This document shows, piece after piece, positions 8,445 to 18,291 of a stretch of DNA of 64,000 nucleotides. The notes below the pieces were generated by a model. That model did no database searches. It saw only the letters and a list, made by a program, of their open reading frames with translations, and had not been told where the DNA came from. This DNA comes from Lentisphaerota bacterium. GTDB taxonomy: Bacteria; Verrucomicrobiota; Lentisphaeria; Victivallales; Victivallaceae. Within the stretch, counting starts at the first letter, position 1. The number at the start of each line of letters is the position of its first letter. The position numbers and the translations under genes are program-made. The stretch is taken from contig SUVU01000002.1 in the NCBI GenBank assembly GCA_015061865.1, forward strand, positions 4,243-68,242, read 5' to 3'.

Positions 8445-9853
8445 TATTTTTTCTCCTTGCGGCGGATGCTTTCAATTTTTTTGGGTCGGGCGGCGACTTC
8501 CAAATCCAACGGGATACCGGTCAATGAAAAGTTTTCCCGGATCCGCTTTTTCAGAAACGCCAGATAGTTTCCGGCGGCAGACTCCACCCGGTTGACAAAC
8601 AATTTCACCCGCGGCGGTCTGACTCCCGCCAGCGAAGCGTAAAACAGCTTCAAAGGCACACCCTTTATGACCGGCGGCGGAGTATCTTCAAATGCTTTGG
8701 TCAACACCCGGTTCAGCAAACCGGTAGTTATTTCGGTCTGCAAATTAGCTGCCACCTCGGCAATGCTGCTTTCCAAACGTGCCAGATTGTGTTTTTCAGT
8801 CGCACTGATAAACACTGCCGGAGCAAAATTCAAATTGGGCAGCTGCCGTTTCAGCTCCTGTGCCAGCGGCTCGACTTTGGCATCATCGCAGAGGTCGCAT
8901 TTATTGGCGACCACCACACAACTGCGCCCGGATTGCTCGATCAATGCGGCGATTTTGCGATCCTGCGCCGTAACTTTGCCGATACCGGCTTCCAATACCA
9001 TCAAAACGACATCCGCCCGGTCGATTGCACTTTTAGCACGCATCACGCTGAACATCTCAACCAGATTGTCGACTTTGCCGGTTTTCCGCAATCCGGCAGT
9101 ATCGACCAGCTGCGCCGGGAGCTCACCGCCTTTACCGTCTTTGATCGCAAATTCGATTTTGACCGCATCCCGGGTCGTCCCGGCGATCGGACTGGTCATC
9201 AAACGCTCTTCCCCCAGCAACGCATTTACCAAACTGGATTTGCCGACATTGGGTCTGCCGACGATAGCAATATTGAGTGCCGGCTTTTTTATCACCGCCG
9301 ACACCGGCACAAAGCGGCACTCTTTCAGCGCATCAGCGATCAACGCATTGATTCCGCCACGGTGAGTACAGCAGATCGGATAGATTTTTTTGAATCCCAA
9401 CCGGCTGAATTCCGTCGCATGATCTTTCCACTCATCACTGTCGCATTTGTTGGCAGCGACAAAAACCGGTTTATTCAACTGCCGCACCCGGCGTGCCACA
9501 TCAATATCCAGCGGTGTCAACCCCGCCTGACTGTCGCAGACCAGAATCAGCACATCGGCATTTTCCATCGCATACTGCGCCTGAGTAGTGATACCGGCAT
9601 CCCAGAAGTCCACGTTTTTTTCAGTATCGTCCAGCGTATTCAAACCGCCGGTATCAACCAGCGTGAACATCTGTTTTTGAAATCTGATATCGGCACTGAC
9701 CCGGTCACGGGTAACTCCACTCATTTCATGCACGATCGCCAGTTTTCTGCCGACTACGGCATTGAACAAACTGGATTTGCCGACATTGGGTCTGCCGACA
9801 ATGGCGATCACCGGCAATGTGACCGGAGTTTTTTCTTCAACTGCATCTGTCAT
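8444..9853 (-). CDS. der: Ribosome-associated GTPase Der (EngA)
   Basis: Two tandem GTPase domains each carry GRPNVGKSSL, followed by a KH-like C-terminus. Confidence 0.95.
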   Translation of the reverse strand: MTDAVEEKTPVTLPVIAIVGRPNVGKSSLFNAVVGRKLAIVHEMSGVTRDRVSADIRFQKQMFTLVDTGGLNTLDDTEKNVDFWDAGITTQAQYAMENADVLILVCDSQAGLTPLDIDVARRVRQLNKPVFVAANKCDSDEWKDHATEFSRLGFKKIYPICCTHRGGINALIADALKECRFVPVSAVIKKPALNIAIVGRPNVGKSSLVNALLGEERLMTSPIAGTTRDAVKIEFAIKDGKGGELPAQLVDTAGLRKTGKVDNLVEMFSVMRAKSAIDRADVVLMVLEAGIGKVTAQDRKIAALIEQSGRSCVVVANKCDLCDDAKVEPLAQELKRQLPNLNFAPAVFISATEKHNLARLESSIAEVAANLQTEITTGLLNRVLTKAFEDTPPPVIKGVPLKLFYASLAGVRPPRVKLFVNRVESAAGNYLAFLKKRIRENFSLTGIPLDLEVAARPKKIESIRRKEKK

Positions 9854-9867
9854 AAATCAAACGATCC

Positions 9868-10680
9868 TTACCGGAAAGAGTTGATCTCATCACGCAGTTT
9901 TTTTGCCGCAAGTCCGGCAGCTTCAGCGAAATCATCGCCATTGGAAGCATAAATAATGCCACGGGAAGAGTTGACCACAATACCGAGTTTATCCGCAGTG
10001 CATCCGAATTTTACGACTTTTTCCACATCGCCGCCCTGAGCGCCGACACCCGGCACCAGGAAGGTCAAATCCGGGCAAATGCCGCGCAATTCACGCAATT
10101 CATCCGGATAAGTAGCCCCGACCACCAATGCGGCGTTGCGGTTATAATTCCACTTATCTCTGACCAGTTCGGCGACATGGACATAGAGAGGTTTACCGTC
10201 AGCGACCAGATTCTGCAAGTCACCGGAGTGCGGATTGGATGTCCGGCAGAGAATAATCACGCCTTTGTCAGCGTAATCCAAAAACGGTTTCACCGCATCC
10301 AGGCCCATATAAGCATTGACCGTCACCGCATCGGCGCCATAACGGTCAAAAGCCTCTTTGGCATACCATTCTGCAGTAGAACCGATATCGCCGCGTTTGA
10401 CATCCAGAATAACGGGAACTTCCGGAGCATTGGTTTTAATGTATTCGATCGAGGCTTTCAGCGCCTCGTCACAATCCTGACCGGCGTAATAAGCCGCCTG
10501 CGGTTTATAAGCGCAGACATAATCTTTGGTCGCATCGACCAGACGGCAGTTGAATTCATAAATCGCATCGGCTTTGCCCTGCAAACACGCCGGCAGTTTG
10601 TTCATTGCCGGATCCAGACCGACACAAACCAGAGAATTGTTGCGGCGCATCGCCGAGTTGAGTTTTTCCATAAACGTCAT
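9868..10680 (-). CDS. pyrF: Orotidine 5'-phosphate decarboxylase, type 2
   Basis: Motifs LVCVGLDP and DVKRGDIGSTA. 270 aa. Confidence 0.9.
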   Translation of the reverse strand: MTFMEKLNSAMRRNNSLVCVGLDPAMNKLPACLQGKADAIYEFNCRLVDATKDYVCAYKPQAAYYAGQDCDEALKASIEYIKTNAPEVPVILDVKRGDIGSTAEWYAKEAFDRYGADAVTVNAYMGLDAVKPFLDYADKGVIILCRTSNPHSGDLQNLVADGKPLYVHVAELVRDKWNYNRNAALVVGATYPDELRELRGICPDLTFLVPGVGAQGGDVEKVVKFGCTADKLGIVVNSSRGIIYASNGDDFAEAAGLAAKKLRDEINSFR

Positions 10681-10738
10681 GATATACCTCCTGAAATCAG
10701 TTACTTGTACACAAAATATTACCTTGACTTAATATAGG

Positions 10739-11875
10739 TCAAATTTGCTCTTTTTTCAAGCTCTTTTTACCAAAGAGCCACCCGGAAATCACGGCAGTCA
10801 ACGGAGCTACCAGCACCAGTGAAAAACTGCCGATCAAAGTTTTCACCACTTCTGCCGCCACCAACGGGTTATTCAAAAAATCCGTTGCGGGCGTCCCCTG
10901 CACCGCGAACATCATCAGCAGCGTCAAGTACCCGCCGGAATATGCCAGCAAAAGTGTAGTCGTCATCGTGCCGACCACACTTCTGCCGATACGGACACCT
11001 GACATCATCAGTTCCCGGCGCGACAATCCGGGATTATGCAGTGCGACCTCCTCGATCCCGGCGGCAATATCCATTGCCAAATCCATTACCGCACCACTGC
11101 CGGCAAGGATCATCGCTCCGATAAAAATATCCTGCAGATCCAATTTCTCGAACCCGCTGTATAACAACGCCTGCACATACGGCATCGACGCTCCGTTGAT
11201 GTGCATGACTTCACCGAAACCGTATGCCATCAGCAATCCGGCACAGACTCCGGTGACCGCACCGCCGAAAGCTGCGATCCCTTTTTTAGTCAAACCGGAG
11301 ACCAGAAAAATGATTACAGCGGTCAATAAACACACCACGGAAAATATCAGCCAACTGGCAGAAAAACCTTTCAAAGTCAGCGGGATCACCAGTTTCCAGA
11401 TCGCCAGACAACTGAATACAAAACTCAACAGCGCTTTCACTCCCGTCCACGAGCCGAATATGATCAGCAGCACACAAAACATCCCGAACAGAGCGAAGCT
11501 CCAACCGTTGCGCCAGTGGTCTTTGGCAACCAGCACAGTATTATCCGGTTCAGCATCCGGAGGCATCGTCACGATGATCTGATCTCCCGGAGCAAAAACT
11601 TTATCCAGCTCCAACTGCCCCCGCAGCTGGTTATCCGCCCGGAATATTTTTTCTCCGGCTTTGACCGTGACCCGCTGAGAGCCGTACCGCACCAAACCGT
11701 GAGTTTGCAAATCAGAATCATCAACTTCCAAAACCTGCGCCCGCACCGTTTTTTCAGCCGGAGCTTCAGTCAAAACCGGAGCTGACGGCAGCAGACACAG
11801 CCCCAGACATCCGAGCGAAACGACTGTAATAAAAACCAGCTCTTTCCATGGCGGCAGCAGTTGACGAAACTTCAT
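10739..11875 (-). CDS. Polytopic membrane protein, probably YibE/F family
   Basis: A signal anchor is followed by a soluble domain of about 100 aa and then 6-7 TM helices. The family assignment comes from recalled architecture only. Confidence 0.45.
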   Translation of the reverse strand: MKFRQLLPPWKELVFITVVSLGCLGLCLLPSAPVLTEAPAEKTVRAQVLEVDDSDLQTHGLVRYGSQRVTVKAGEKIFRADNQLRGQLELDKVFAPGDQIIVTMPPDAEPDNTVLVAKDHWRNGWSFALFGMFCVLLIIFGSWTGVKALLSFVFSCLAIWKLVIPLTLKGFSASWLIFSVVCLLTAVIIFLVSGLTKKGIAAFGGAVTGVCAGLLMAYGFGEVMHINGASMPYVQALLYSGFEKLDLQDIFIGAMILAGSGAVMDLAMDIAAGIEEVALHNPGLSRRELMMSGVRIGRSVVGTMTTTLLLAYSGGYLTLLMMFAVQGTPATDFLNNPLVAAEVVKTLIGSFSLVLVAPLTAVISGWLFGKKSLKKEQI

Positions 11876-11876
11876 T

Positions 11877-13217
11877 TCACAATACCGATTTCAATTTTTT
11901 GGCAATATCCGTATTTTCATAAAATCCGGTAAACATTTTGGCTCCGGCGCCATAACTGGTCGTCGAAACCGGCATTGCAGTATGACCGCCGCTGGTCCAG
12001 CCGATACCGGCTTTTCTGCTCATCACGATTCTGGCACCGACCTCAAGTTTTCCCTGTTGGAAATACGATTTCAACAGCTCCTCATCAGCGCCGCTTACCC
12101 GCATAGGCGAATTGCCGGAAAATTCAAAACTGAAATACTGATTCAGCAATTTTTTGGCATCATCAAAAGTAAATGATTTACCGGATTTTTCGGCTTCTTT
12201 TTTAGCGTTTTTCATAAAGGTTTTGAATTGTCCCAGTGAGCATTTCTGCAGTGCCAGACGTTCAACATGCATTGTGTAACCGGAACCGGCAAATCCCATT
12301 GTCATACCGCCGGTTTCATGATCACCGGTCACAACGATCAGAGTTTCATCCGGATGTTTTTCGGCGAATTTCAGCGCTACTTTAACAGCTTCATCCAGAG
12401 CAAGCACCTCAAACAGGTTGGTGGCCGCTTCGTTGGCATGACCGGCAAGGTCGATCGCACCGCTTTCCACCATCATAAAAAATCCGTTCGGGTTGTCCAG
12501 CAGTTCAATACCTTTGGCAGTGAAATCCGCCAACGTCGGCACTTCCGGATAATATTTCCGGTCAATATAACCGGGCAAATAACCGTCAGTACCGCGAGCC
12601 AGCACTTTGCCGCCCGGTTTCAGCGCCATCAATCCGGCACGGTCGCTGACAACCGTATAACCGGCTTTTTGAGCCAATGTGTAAATGTTTCCCCGATAGA
12701 GGGGTGACTTTTTATCGTCCGGTTTTGCAACAGCGCCGCCGCCGAAATAATCGAATCCGGAGGCGATCAAATCCAAACCGATCTCATAATACTCCCCGCG
12801 ACTCATCCGGTTGGCATAAAATCCGCCGGGGGTGGCATGGTTGATCGTCACACTGGTAATGATGCCGACTTTTTTACCATTGCGTTTGGCAACTTTTGCT
12901 ACTGATTCCAACTTACGTTTGCCATCGGCACTGATACCCAATCTGCCGTTTTTAGTTTTCTCACCACAGGCGATCGCAGTGGCGGCGGCGGCAGAGTCGG
13001 TGATCAAATCACCCGCAGATTTAGTTCTGGTCGTGCCATGATACGGAAAATTGTTGATTTCCAGACAGCCTTTACCGGTGCTGCGGGAAAAATCTTCTGC
13101 GACCATCCGCTGCGGCATCGCCATTCCGTCACCGATGAACAAAAACACATACTTCGGCTTGCCGTAAAGTGACACTGCGGCAAGCAGCATTAACATTAAA
13201 AACAGAATTTTTTTCAT
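11877..13217 (-). CDS. phoA: Alkaline phosphatase
   Basis: Motifs FIGDGMAMP, TDSAAAATA (the Ser nucleophile), GDHETGGM and GGHT. The start was trimmed to MKKILF (ATG at 13217, GGAGA SD) and is followed by a signal peptide. Confidence 0.9.
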   Translation of the reverse strand: MKKILFLMLMLLAAVSLYGKPKYVFLFIGDGMAMPQRMVAEDFSRSTGKGCLEINNFPYHGTTRTKSAGDLITDSAAAATAIACGEKTKNGRLGISADGKRKLESVAKVAKRNGKKVGIITSVTINHATPGGFYANRMSRGEYYEIGLDLIASGFDYFGGGAVAKPDDKKSPLYRGNIYTLAQKAGYTVVSDRAGLMALKPGGKVLARGTDGYLPGYIDRKYYPEVPTLADFTAKGIELLDNPNGFFMMVESGAIDLAGHANEAATNLFEVLALDEAVKVALKFAEKHPDETLIVVTGDHETGGMTMGFAGSGYTMHVERLALQKCSLGQFKTFMKNAKKEAEKSGKSFTFDDAKKLLNQYFSFEFSGNSPMRVSGADEELLKSYFQQGKLEVGARIVMSRKAGIGWTSGGHTAMPVSTTSYGAGAKMFTGFYENTDIAKKLKSVL

Positions 13218-13239
13218 AATTTCATCTCCGATCCAGTGC

Positions 13240-14061
13240 TTAAAACTCCACCGTTTCACCCGGGGCGATACTCCGGAGGTCACTCATCCCCCAGCCATCG
13301 GCAAAAAACCAGACGGTTTCGGCAGTCGGATTGTAGAGCAAATGCCCATTTGCTCCTGAAACCAGACTGCGTATCGCTTTAATGTACCGGCACAACATGA
13401 TATTGGTACAATACCACGCATCCGGCAATCCGGTCAATTTCTGACAGATTGTTTCGATCAAATCCCAGTTGTCATCCCGGTCAAATTCAAAGGAGTGCCC
13501 ATAGATATACAGCGTTTGCATCAGTGGCCGTGTCTCATTCAAAACCGCATCCATCCGCTGCAAAGCATCGCAATGATGGCAAGTCGGTTTCCAACGCATA
13601 AAGTCATCCGGAATGTACCGGACAGGAGCGCTGTATTCCGTGGTTCTGGCATATTCAAAACCAGCCGCACGCAAAATTTCGATCGCCTGATCCGAATATT
13701 GTCCGCACGGGTAAGCAAATCCGGTCACCGGAACTCCGGCAGCTTTTTCCAGAATCATCCGGTCATTAAAAATTTCCCGGATCACATCCGTGGCGGCGAT
13801 ACGATCCAGTCCGGCATGAAACTCAGCGTGAGCCGCCACCTCATGACCGGCATAGAGTTCTTTGATCTGATCGGCTGATATCCGTTTCGATGTTGACCAA
13901 TCCCGACCATCTACGGCGGCACCGTTGAGGTTGAATGTTGCTTTCATGCCGTAACGGTTGAAAATTTCAATCAGTTTTTTATCCTGTATGCAACCGTCAT
14001 CGTAACTGAATGTCACCGCTTTGGACTTGCCGCCTGGGAACAGATATATTGGTGTTTTCAT
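13240..14061 (-). CDS. Polysaccharide deacetylase (NodB homology, CE4)
   Basis: Motifs TFSYDDG, AAHAEFH and FAYPCG are characteristic of CE4. Confidence 0.75.
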   Translation of the reverse strand: MKTPIYLFPGGKSKAVTFSYDDGCIQDKKLIEIFNRYGMKATFNLNGAAVDGRDWSTSKRISADQIKELYAGHEVAAHAEFHAGLDRIAATDVIREIFNDRMILEKAAGVPVTGFAYPCGQYSDQAIEILRAAGFEYARTTEYSAPVRYIPDDFMRWKPTCHHCDALQRMDAVLNETRPLMQTLYIYGHSFEFDRDDNWDLIETICQKLTGLPDAWYCTNIMLCRYIKAIRSLVSGANGHLLYNPTAETVWFFADGWGMSDLRSIAPGETVEF

Positions 14062-14066
14062 CTCTG

Positions 14067-14804
14067 TTATCTCTTGTTAAGTTTTCTGAAAACCGGTGCC
14101 GGCGACTTCTCATCGTGAAGTCCGACCGCCGCATAACGCTCGTCAAAATCAATTTTCGTCATCCAGCCGGGCCCGGAAAGCTGAACCCGCCGGATGTAAT
14201 ACAAATCATTTTTTTTGGTCAAAGCACCGGCTTCCAAATCACGGTACGGCTCCTTTTCGCCATACTTGATAAATTCCGCCCGGAACGGAAACGCATGCTC
14301 GCGGGAAATCCACACTTTGACCGTCTCTTTTTTTTCTTTATTGTCAAGCAGAAATACCCGGCACGGCACCAAACCGCGAATTGTTTCCGGTTCCAGCTCT
14401 TTCAACGGCGGACAAAAAAGGAAACTCAACACCAGATCATCAGCCCGAACACCGACCGCATCAAGTTTGGACGAACCGTCTTTTTGCGGATTCATCGGCA
14501 CCATGGATGTTACTCCGGAACCTTTGGCTTGCGAAAGCATGTAGCCCTCATCGCCATCGAGGATCAGTTGTCCGAATGTCCGGTCGGGATGGATGATCAT
14601 ACCGAAATAAACTGGCATGGTCACCGCATCTTTCCCCCGGCGGCGATGCTGCAGCGTACCATCCAGCATCGCATAAGTCGCCACCGCATTGCTCCGGCGT
14701 GCCCGCAGCAAAAATTCCTGCATCGGCAGATCGGCAGGTTTCTGACCGGCAGCTCCGGCGATCATGGTCAATGCCGTTACGAACAACAATCCAAACTTTT
14801 TCAC
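14067..14804 (-). CDS. Secreted hypothetical protein (possibly a LolA-like fold)
   Basis: It has a signal peptide MKKFGLLFVTALTMIAGAAG, and its start overlaps the lon stop. The fold suggestion is weak. Confidence 0.4.
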   Translation of the reverse strand: MKKFGLLFVTALTMIAGAAGQKPADLPMQEFLLRARRSNAVATYAMLDGTLQHRRRGKDAVTMPVYFGMIIHPDRTFGQLILDGDEGYMLSQAKGSGVTSMVPMNPQKDGSSKLDAVGVRADDLVLSFLFCPPLKELEPETIRGLVPCRVFLLDNKEKKETVKVWISREHAFPFRAEFIKYGEKEPYRDLEAGALTKKNDLYYIRRVQLSGPGWMTKIDFDERYAAVGLHDEKSPAPVFRKLNKR

Positions 14805-17239
14805 AGCCCCTCACCTCCAAATGCAATTTTCCGGGCTTCTGCAAATGTTTTGACAAAGTTGATATGCAGAGCTTTACGGATGTTGTCCGGCAGCTCCTCC
14901 ACATCCTTGCGGTTTTCTTCCGGCACGATCACGGTATTTACTCCGGCACGCAGTGCGCCGACAAGTTTTTCCCGGACGCCGCCAATGGCGGTAACTTTCC
15001 CCTGGAGCGTGATTTCTCCGGTCATGGCAAGATGCGGGATCAGCGGTTTACCGGTCAGCAAAGAGGTCAACGCCAGCGCGATCGTGATACCGGCGGACGG
15101 ACCATCTTTCGGGGTGGCACCATCCGGCACATGGATATGGAAATCATTGACCGAAAAATACTCCGGTTTTACATCCCAATTTCCGGCATGCGCCCGGATA
15201 AAGGTAAAAGCCGTTTCCGCAGATTCGGACATTACTTTGCCCAAACTGCCGGTAAGTTTCAAATTACCTTTGCCGCCGGGAACAGCAACTGTTTCCACCG
15301 GCAGCACCACGCCGCCGACGCTCGTCCATGCCATTCCGGTAGCACAACCGGGAACCGGAACCGATGCTTTATCACGCAAAAATTTGCGGGCACCAAGCAA
15401 AGCGTTGACCATTTTGGCATCGACCGTCACCACATCATTTTCACCGATTTCGCCGGTGACAAATTTGCGGGCGATTTTACGGCAGACCTGAGCGATCGTG
15501 CGCTCCAGTGTCCGGACTCCGGCCTCCATGGTGTAGTAATCAATTATCTCATTGAGCGCACTCTGACGGAACTTGACTTTTTTCGGGTCAAGACCATTTT
15601 CTTTCAACTGCCGCTTGACCAGATAGCGTTTGGATATTTCCAATTTTTCCAAAGCTGTATATCCCGACAAACGGATAACTTCCATGCGGTCACGCAACGG
15701 TCCGGGAATTTCTTCCAGCACGTTGGCAGTAGCAATAAAAAACACTTTGGACAAATCCAGCGGCAATTCGATGTAATTGTCATTGAACGCAAAATTCTGT
15801 TCCGGATCCAATACTTCCAGCAATGCGGACGACGGATCGCCGCGGAAATCATGCGCCAATTTATCAACTTCATCAAGCATAAAAACAGGATTAGCCGTGC
15901 CGCAGCGTTTCAAATTCTGCACGATTCTGCCCGGCATTGCTCCAACGTAAGTCCGGCGGTGACCACGGATTTCCGCCTCATCCCGGACGCCGCCGAGCGA
16001 AACCCGGATAAATTCCCGGTTCATTGCTCTGGCAATGGATCGTCCGATAGAGGTTTTTCCCACGCCCGGTGGTCCGACCAGACAGAGGATCGGCGCCCGG
16101 CAATCGGTATCCCCCTGACGTTTCTGCATCACAGCCAGAAACTCCAATATCCGCACTTTTACGTCTTCCAAACCGAAGTGGTCAGACTCCAATATTTTTT
16201 CTGCTGCTGCACAATCCAGAGTATCGGCACTGAAAACCTGCCACGGCACATCCAACAGCCAGGAAATATAGTTGTAACTGATGTGATATTCCGGGGCGTT
16301 CTGGGGAATAAGTTCCAACCGGTCAAGTTCTTTGCGCACGACAGCTTCAACTTTTTCCGGCAGCGATGTCTGTTCCAGTTTTTCAGTCAGTTCGGTCACA
16401 TCGGCATTGCTGCTGATTTCTCCCAGTTCATGCCGGATGACTTTCAACTGCTCCCGCAGATAAAATTCCCGCTGACTGGCACCCATTGACTCCTGCACAT
16501 CCGCTTGGATCTGCATCCCCAAACGTCCGGCTTCCAATTCCCGGTTCAGCAATACCGCCAGCATATCCAAGCGCATTTCCAGCGCCGGAGCCGTCAGCAG
16601 CATGAGTTTTTCTGCATAAGAAAAACTCATGGCATCGGCAATCGTGTCCGCACAACGTGACGGCGTGGAAGCTCCGACGACCGCCAGCTGCAGCTCTTCC
16701 GGAAATCCGGGCTGCAGCACAGTCAATTCCTGAAACATCCTGACCACCCCTTTCTGGCGGCCGAGATTTTCGGTATTGCGATTGTCATTCTCCGGGTCAC
16801 TCATCACCCGGTAACGCACCAGAGTAACATCGGCACCGTTACGCAGTATACTCATACCGATGACCCGTTTCAACCCGCGAACCACGATGCGGCGGGAATT
16901 ATCCGGCATACGGATCTCTTTGACCACTCTTGCCAAAGTTCCGACCGCCACCCGCTGCACCCCGGAATCACTGAATTGCGGCAGCGCTCCGGGAAACGGC
17001 AGCTCCGCCAACTCATCACGGTGCGGCACTTCATTGAAAACCGCCACGATCCGGTCATCTTTCATAACCTGATCCAGCATGGCAAGATTTTCCCTGCCGT
17101 CGACCTGAATACTGGTCAATGCAAACGGGAAGACCACCGGCTCACGCAAACGCAGCAAGCCGGCAGGCTTTTCTGATACAACTCCCATGCCGTCAATGAC
17201 GATCGCACCATCATTGACAGTTTTGTCTTCTTTACTCAT
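14801..17239 (-). CDS. lon: ATP-dependent Lon protease (LonA)
   Basis: It has a LAN N-domain, Walker A GPPGVGKTS and the catalytic PKDGPSAGIT. 812 aa. Confidence 0.95.
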   Translation of the reverse strand: MSKEDKTVNDGAIVIDGMGVVSEKPAGLLRLREPVVFPFALTSIQVDGRENLAMLDQVMKDDRIVAVFNEVPHRDELAELPFPGALPQFSDSGVQRVAVGTLARVVKEIRMPDNSRRIVVRGLKRVIGMSILRNGADVTLVRYRVMSDPENDNRNTENLGRQKGVVRMFQELTVLQPGFPEELQLAVVGASTPSRCADTIADAMSFSYAEKLMLLTAPALEMRLDMLAVLLNRELEAGRLGMQIQADVQESMGASQREFYLREQLKVIRHELGEISSNADVTELTEKLEQTSLPEKVEAVVRKELDRLELIPQNAPEYHISYNYISWLLDVPWQVFSADTLDCAAAEKILESDHFGLEDVKVRILEFLAVMQKRQGDTDCRAPILCLVGPPGVGKTSIGRSIARAMNREFIRVSLGGVRDEAEIRGHRRTYVGAMPGRIVQNLKRCGTANPVFMLDEVDKLAHDFRGDPSSALLEVLDPEQNFAFNDNYIELPLDLSKVFFIATANVLEEIPGPLRDRMEVIRLSGYTALEKLEISKRYLVKRQLKENGLDPKKVKFRQSALNEIIDYYTMEAGVRTLERTIAQVCRKIARKFVTGEIGENDVVTVDAKMVNALLGARKFLRDKASVPVPGCATGMAWTSVGGVVLPVETVAVPGGKGNLKLTGSLGKVMSESAETAFTFIRAHAGNWDVKPEYFSVNDFHIHVPDGATPKDGPSAGITIALALTSLLTGKPLIPHLAMTGEITLQGKVTAIGGVREKLVGALRAGVNTVIVPEENRKDVEELPDNIRKALHINFVKTFAEARKIAFGGEGL

Positions 17240-18267
17240 TCAGCACTCTCCATGCCCTCGGGAAGCGGGGTGTAACGTGCAGTTTTCAAAAATTCCGTCA
17301 TCTCCTGCAAAGAAACTGCACCGCCGCTGGCGGTAACAGATTTCAAATTGAAACTGCTGAATGCTCCGCCCAAATTCAATGCTTCTTTAAGCTCCCAGTT
17401 TTCATGCAGTGCATACATCACTCCGGCGCAGAAAGCATCCCCTGCCCCGTTGGTGCCGACAATATCTTTTTTGTCAGCATAAACACTGGGGACATAGATA
17501 TAACTGCCGTCGGGAGTTCCGGCACATGCGCCTTCGGGGAAGTGGATCACCACCGTTTTGCGCACGCCTTTGCCAAACAAAAACTTCACCGCCGCCGGCA
17601 GTTTCTGCCACAGCAGTTTGCCGTTTTCATCACGCAACGCATCACCGGTGCAGCTGGAAGTTTCGACCTCATTGACGATCAAATGGTCAATATACGGCAG
17701 TGCAGGCAAAACTTTGGCACGGAATTTTTCCGGAGCTTCAGAAACGAAGTCCACCACGGTTTCGTAACCTTTTTTGCTCAAACGATCGAGCAGACGCACC
17801 GCCTGAGTCCCATATTGCGGATCCGGAGAATCCAATGTATCCAGCAACAGCAAATATGCCAGATAAAAGAATTTCGCCGGCACATCAATATCACACAAGT
17901 CATCAAAGCACAACTCGGCATTGGCACCGCGGCAATGGAAAAATGTCCGTTTGCCGTTGCCGGACATCACATCCGTATAACTGGTCGGAGCAGTGGAGGT
18001 GCGAAGCATGTAGCGGCTGTCAATATTGCGTTTGGTGATCTCGTCCAGCACATAGTCACCGGTCTCATCATTGCCGAGTCTGCCGGCAGCATACAGCGGG
18101 AAATCCGCATCCGCAGCACGCAGGTCAAACAAAACGTTTGCCGGCCCGCCGCCGGTGGAGGCTTCTTCTTTCAACACATTGCACAAATTTCCTTCGCCCG
18201 GCCAGCGGTCGATGGTCTTAACTTTATCCTGGAGCCAGTTTCCGGCACCGACAATACCTTTTTTCAT
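17236..18267 (-). CDS. PfkB-family carbohydrate kinase
   Basis: The C-terminal motif is TNGAGDAFCAG. An ATGA overlap couples it to the lon start. Confidence 0.8.
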   Translation of the reverse strand: MKKGIVGAGNWLQDKVKTIDRWPGEGNLCNVLKEEASTGGGPANVLFDLRAADADFPLYAAGRLGNDETGDYVLDEITKRNIDSRYMLRTSTAPTSYTDVMSGNGKRTFFHCRGANAELCFDDLCDIDVPAKFFYLAYLLLLDTLDSPDPQYGTQAVRLLDRLSKKGYETVVDFVSEAPEKFRAKVLPALPYIDHLIVNEVETSSCTGDALRDENGKLLWQKLPAAVKFLFGKGVRKTVVIHFPEGACAGTPDGSYIYVPSVYADKKDIVGTNGAGDAFCAGVMYALHENWELKEALNLGGAFSSFNLKSVTASGGAVSLQEMTEFLKTARYTPLPEGMESAE

Positions 18268-18291
18268 AACCGTATTCCTTATCTTTTTTAA

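Noticed and set aside
14010-16489. Plus-strand ORFs of 493 aa and 596 aa opposite lon and its neighbours
   Set aside because: They are antisense to an obvious LonA (Walker A, PKDGPSAG). The translations are Arg/His/Phe/Gln-rich nonsense.
14801-17239. Lon as a defence-system (BrxL-like) protease
   Set aside because: It has the full housekeeping LonA architecture (LAN domain, AAA+, S16 protease) and sits among metabolic genes with no BREX-type partners.
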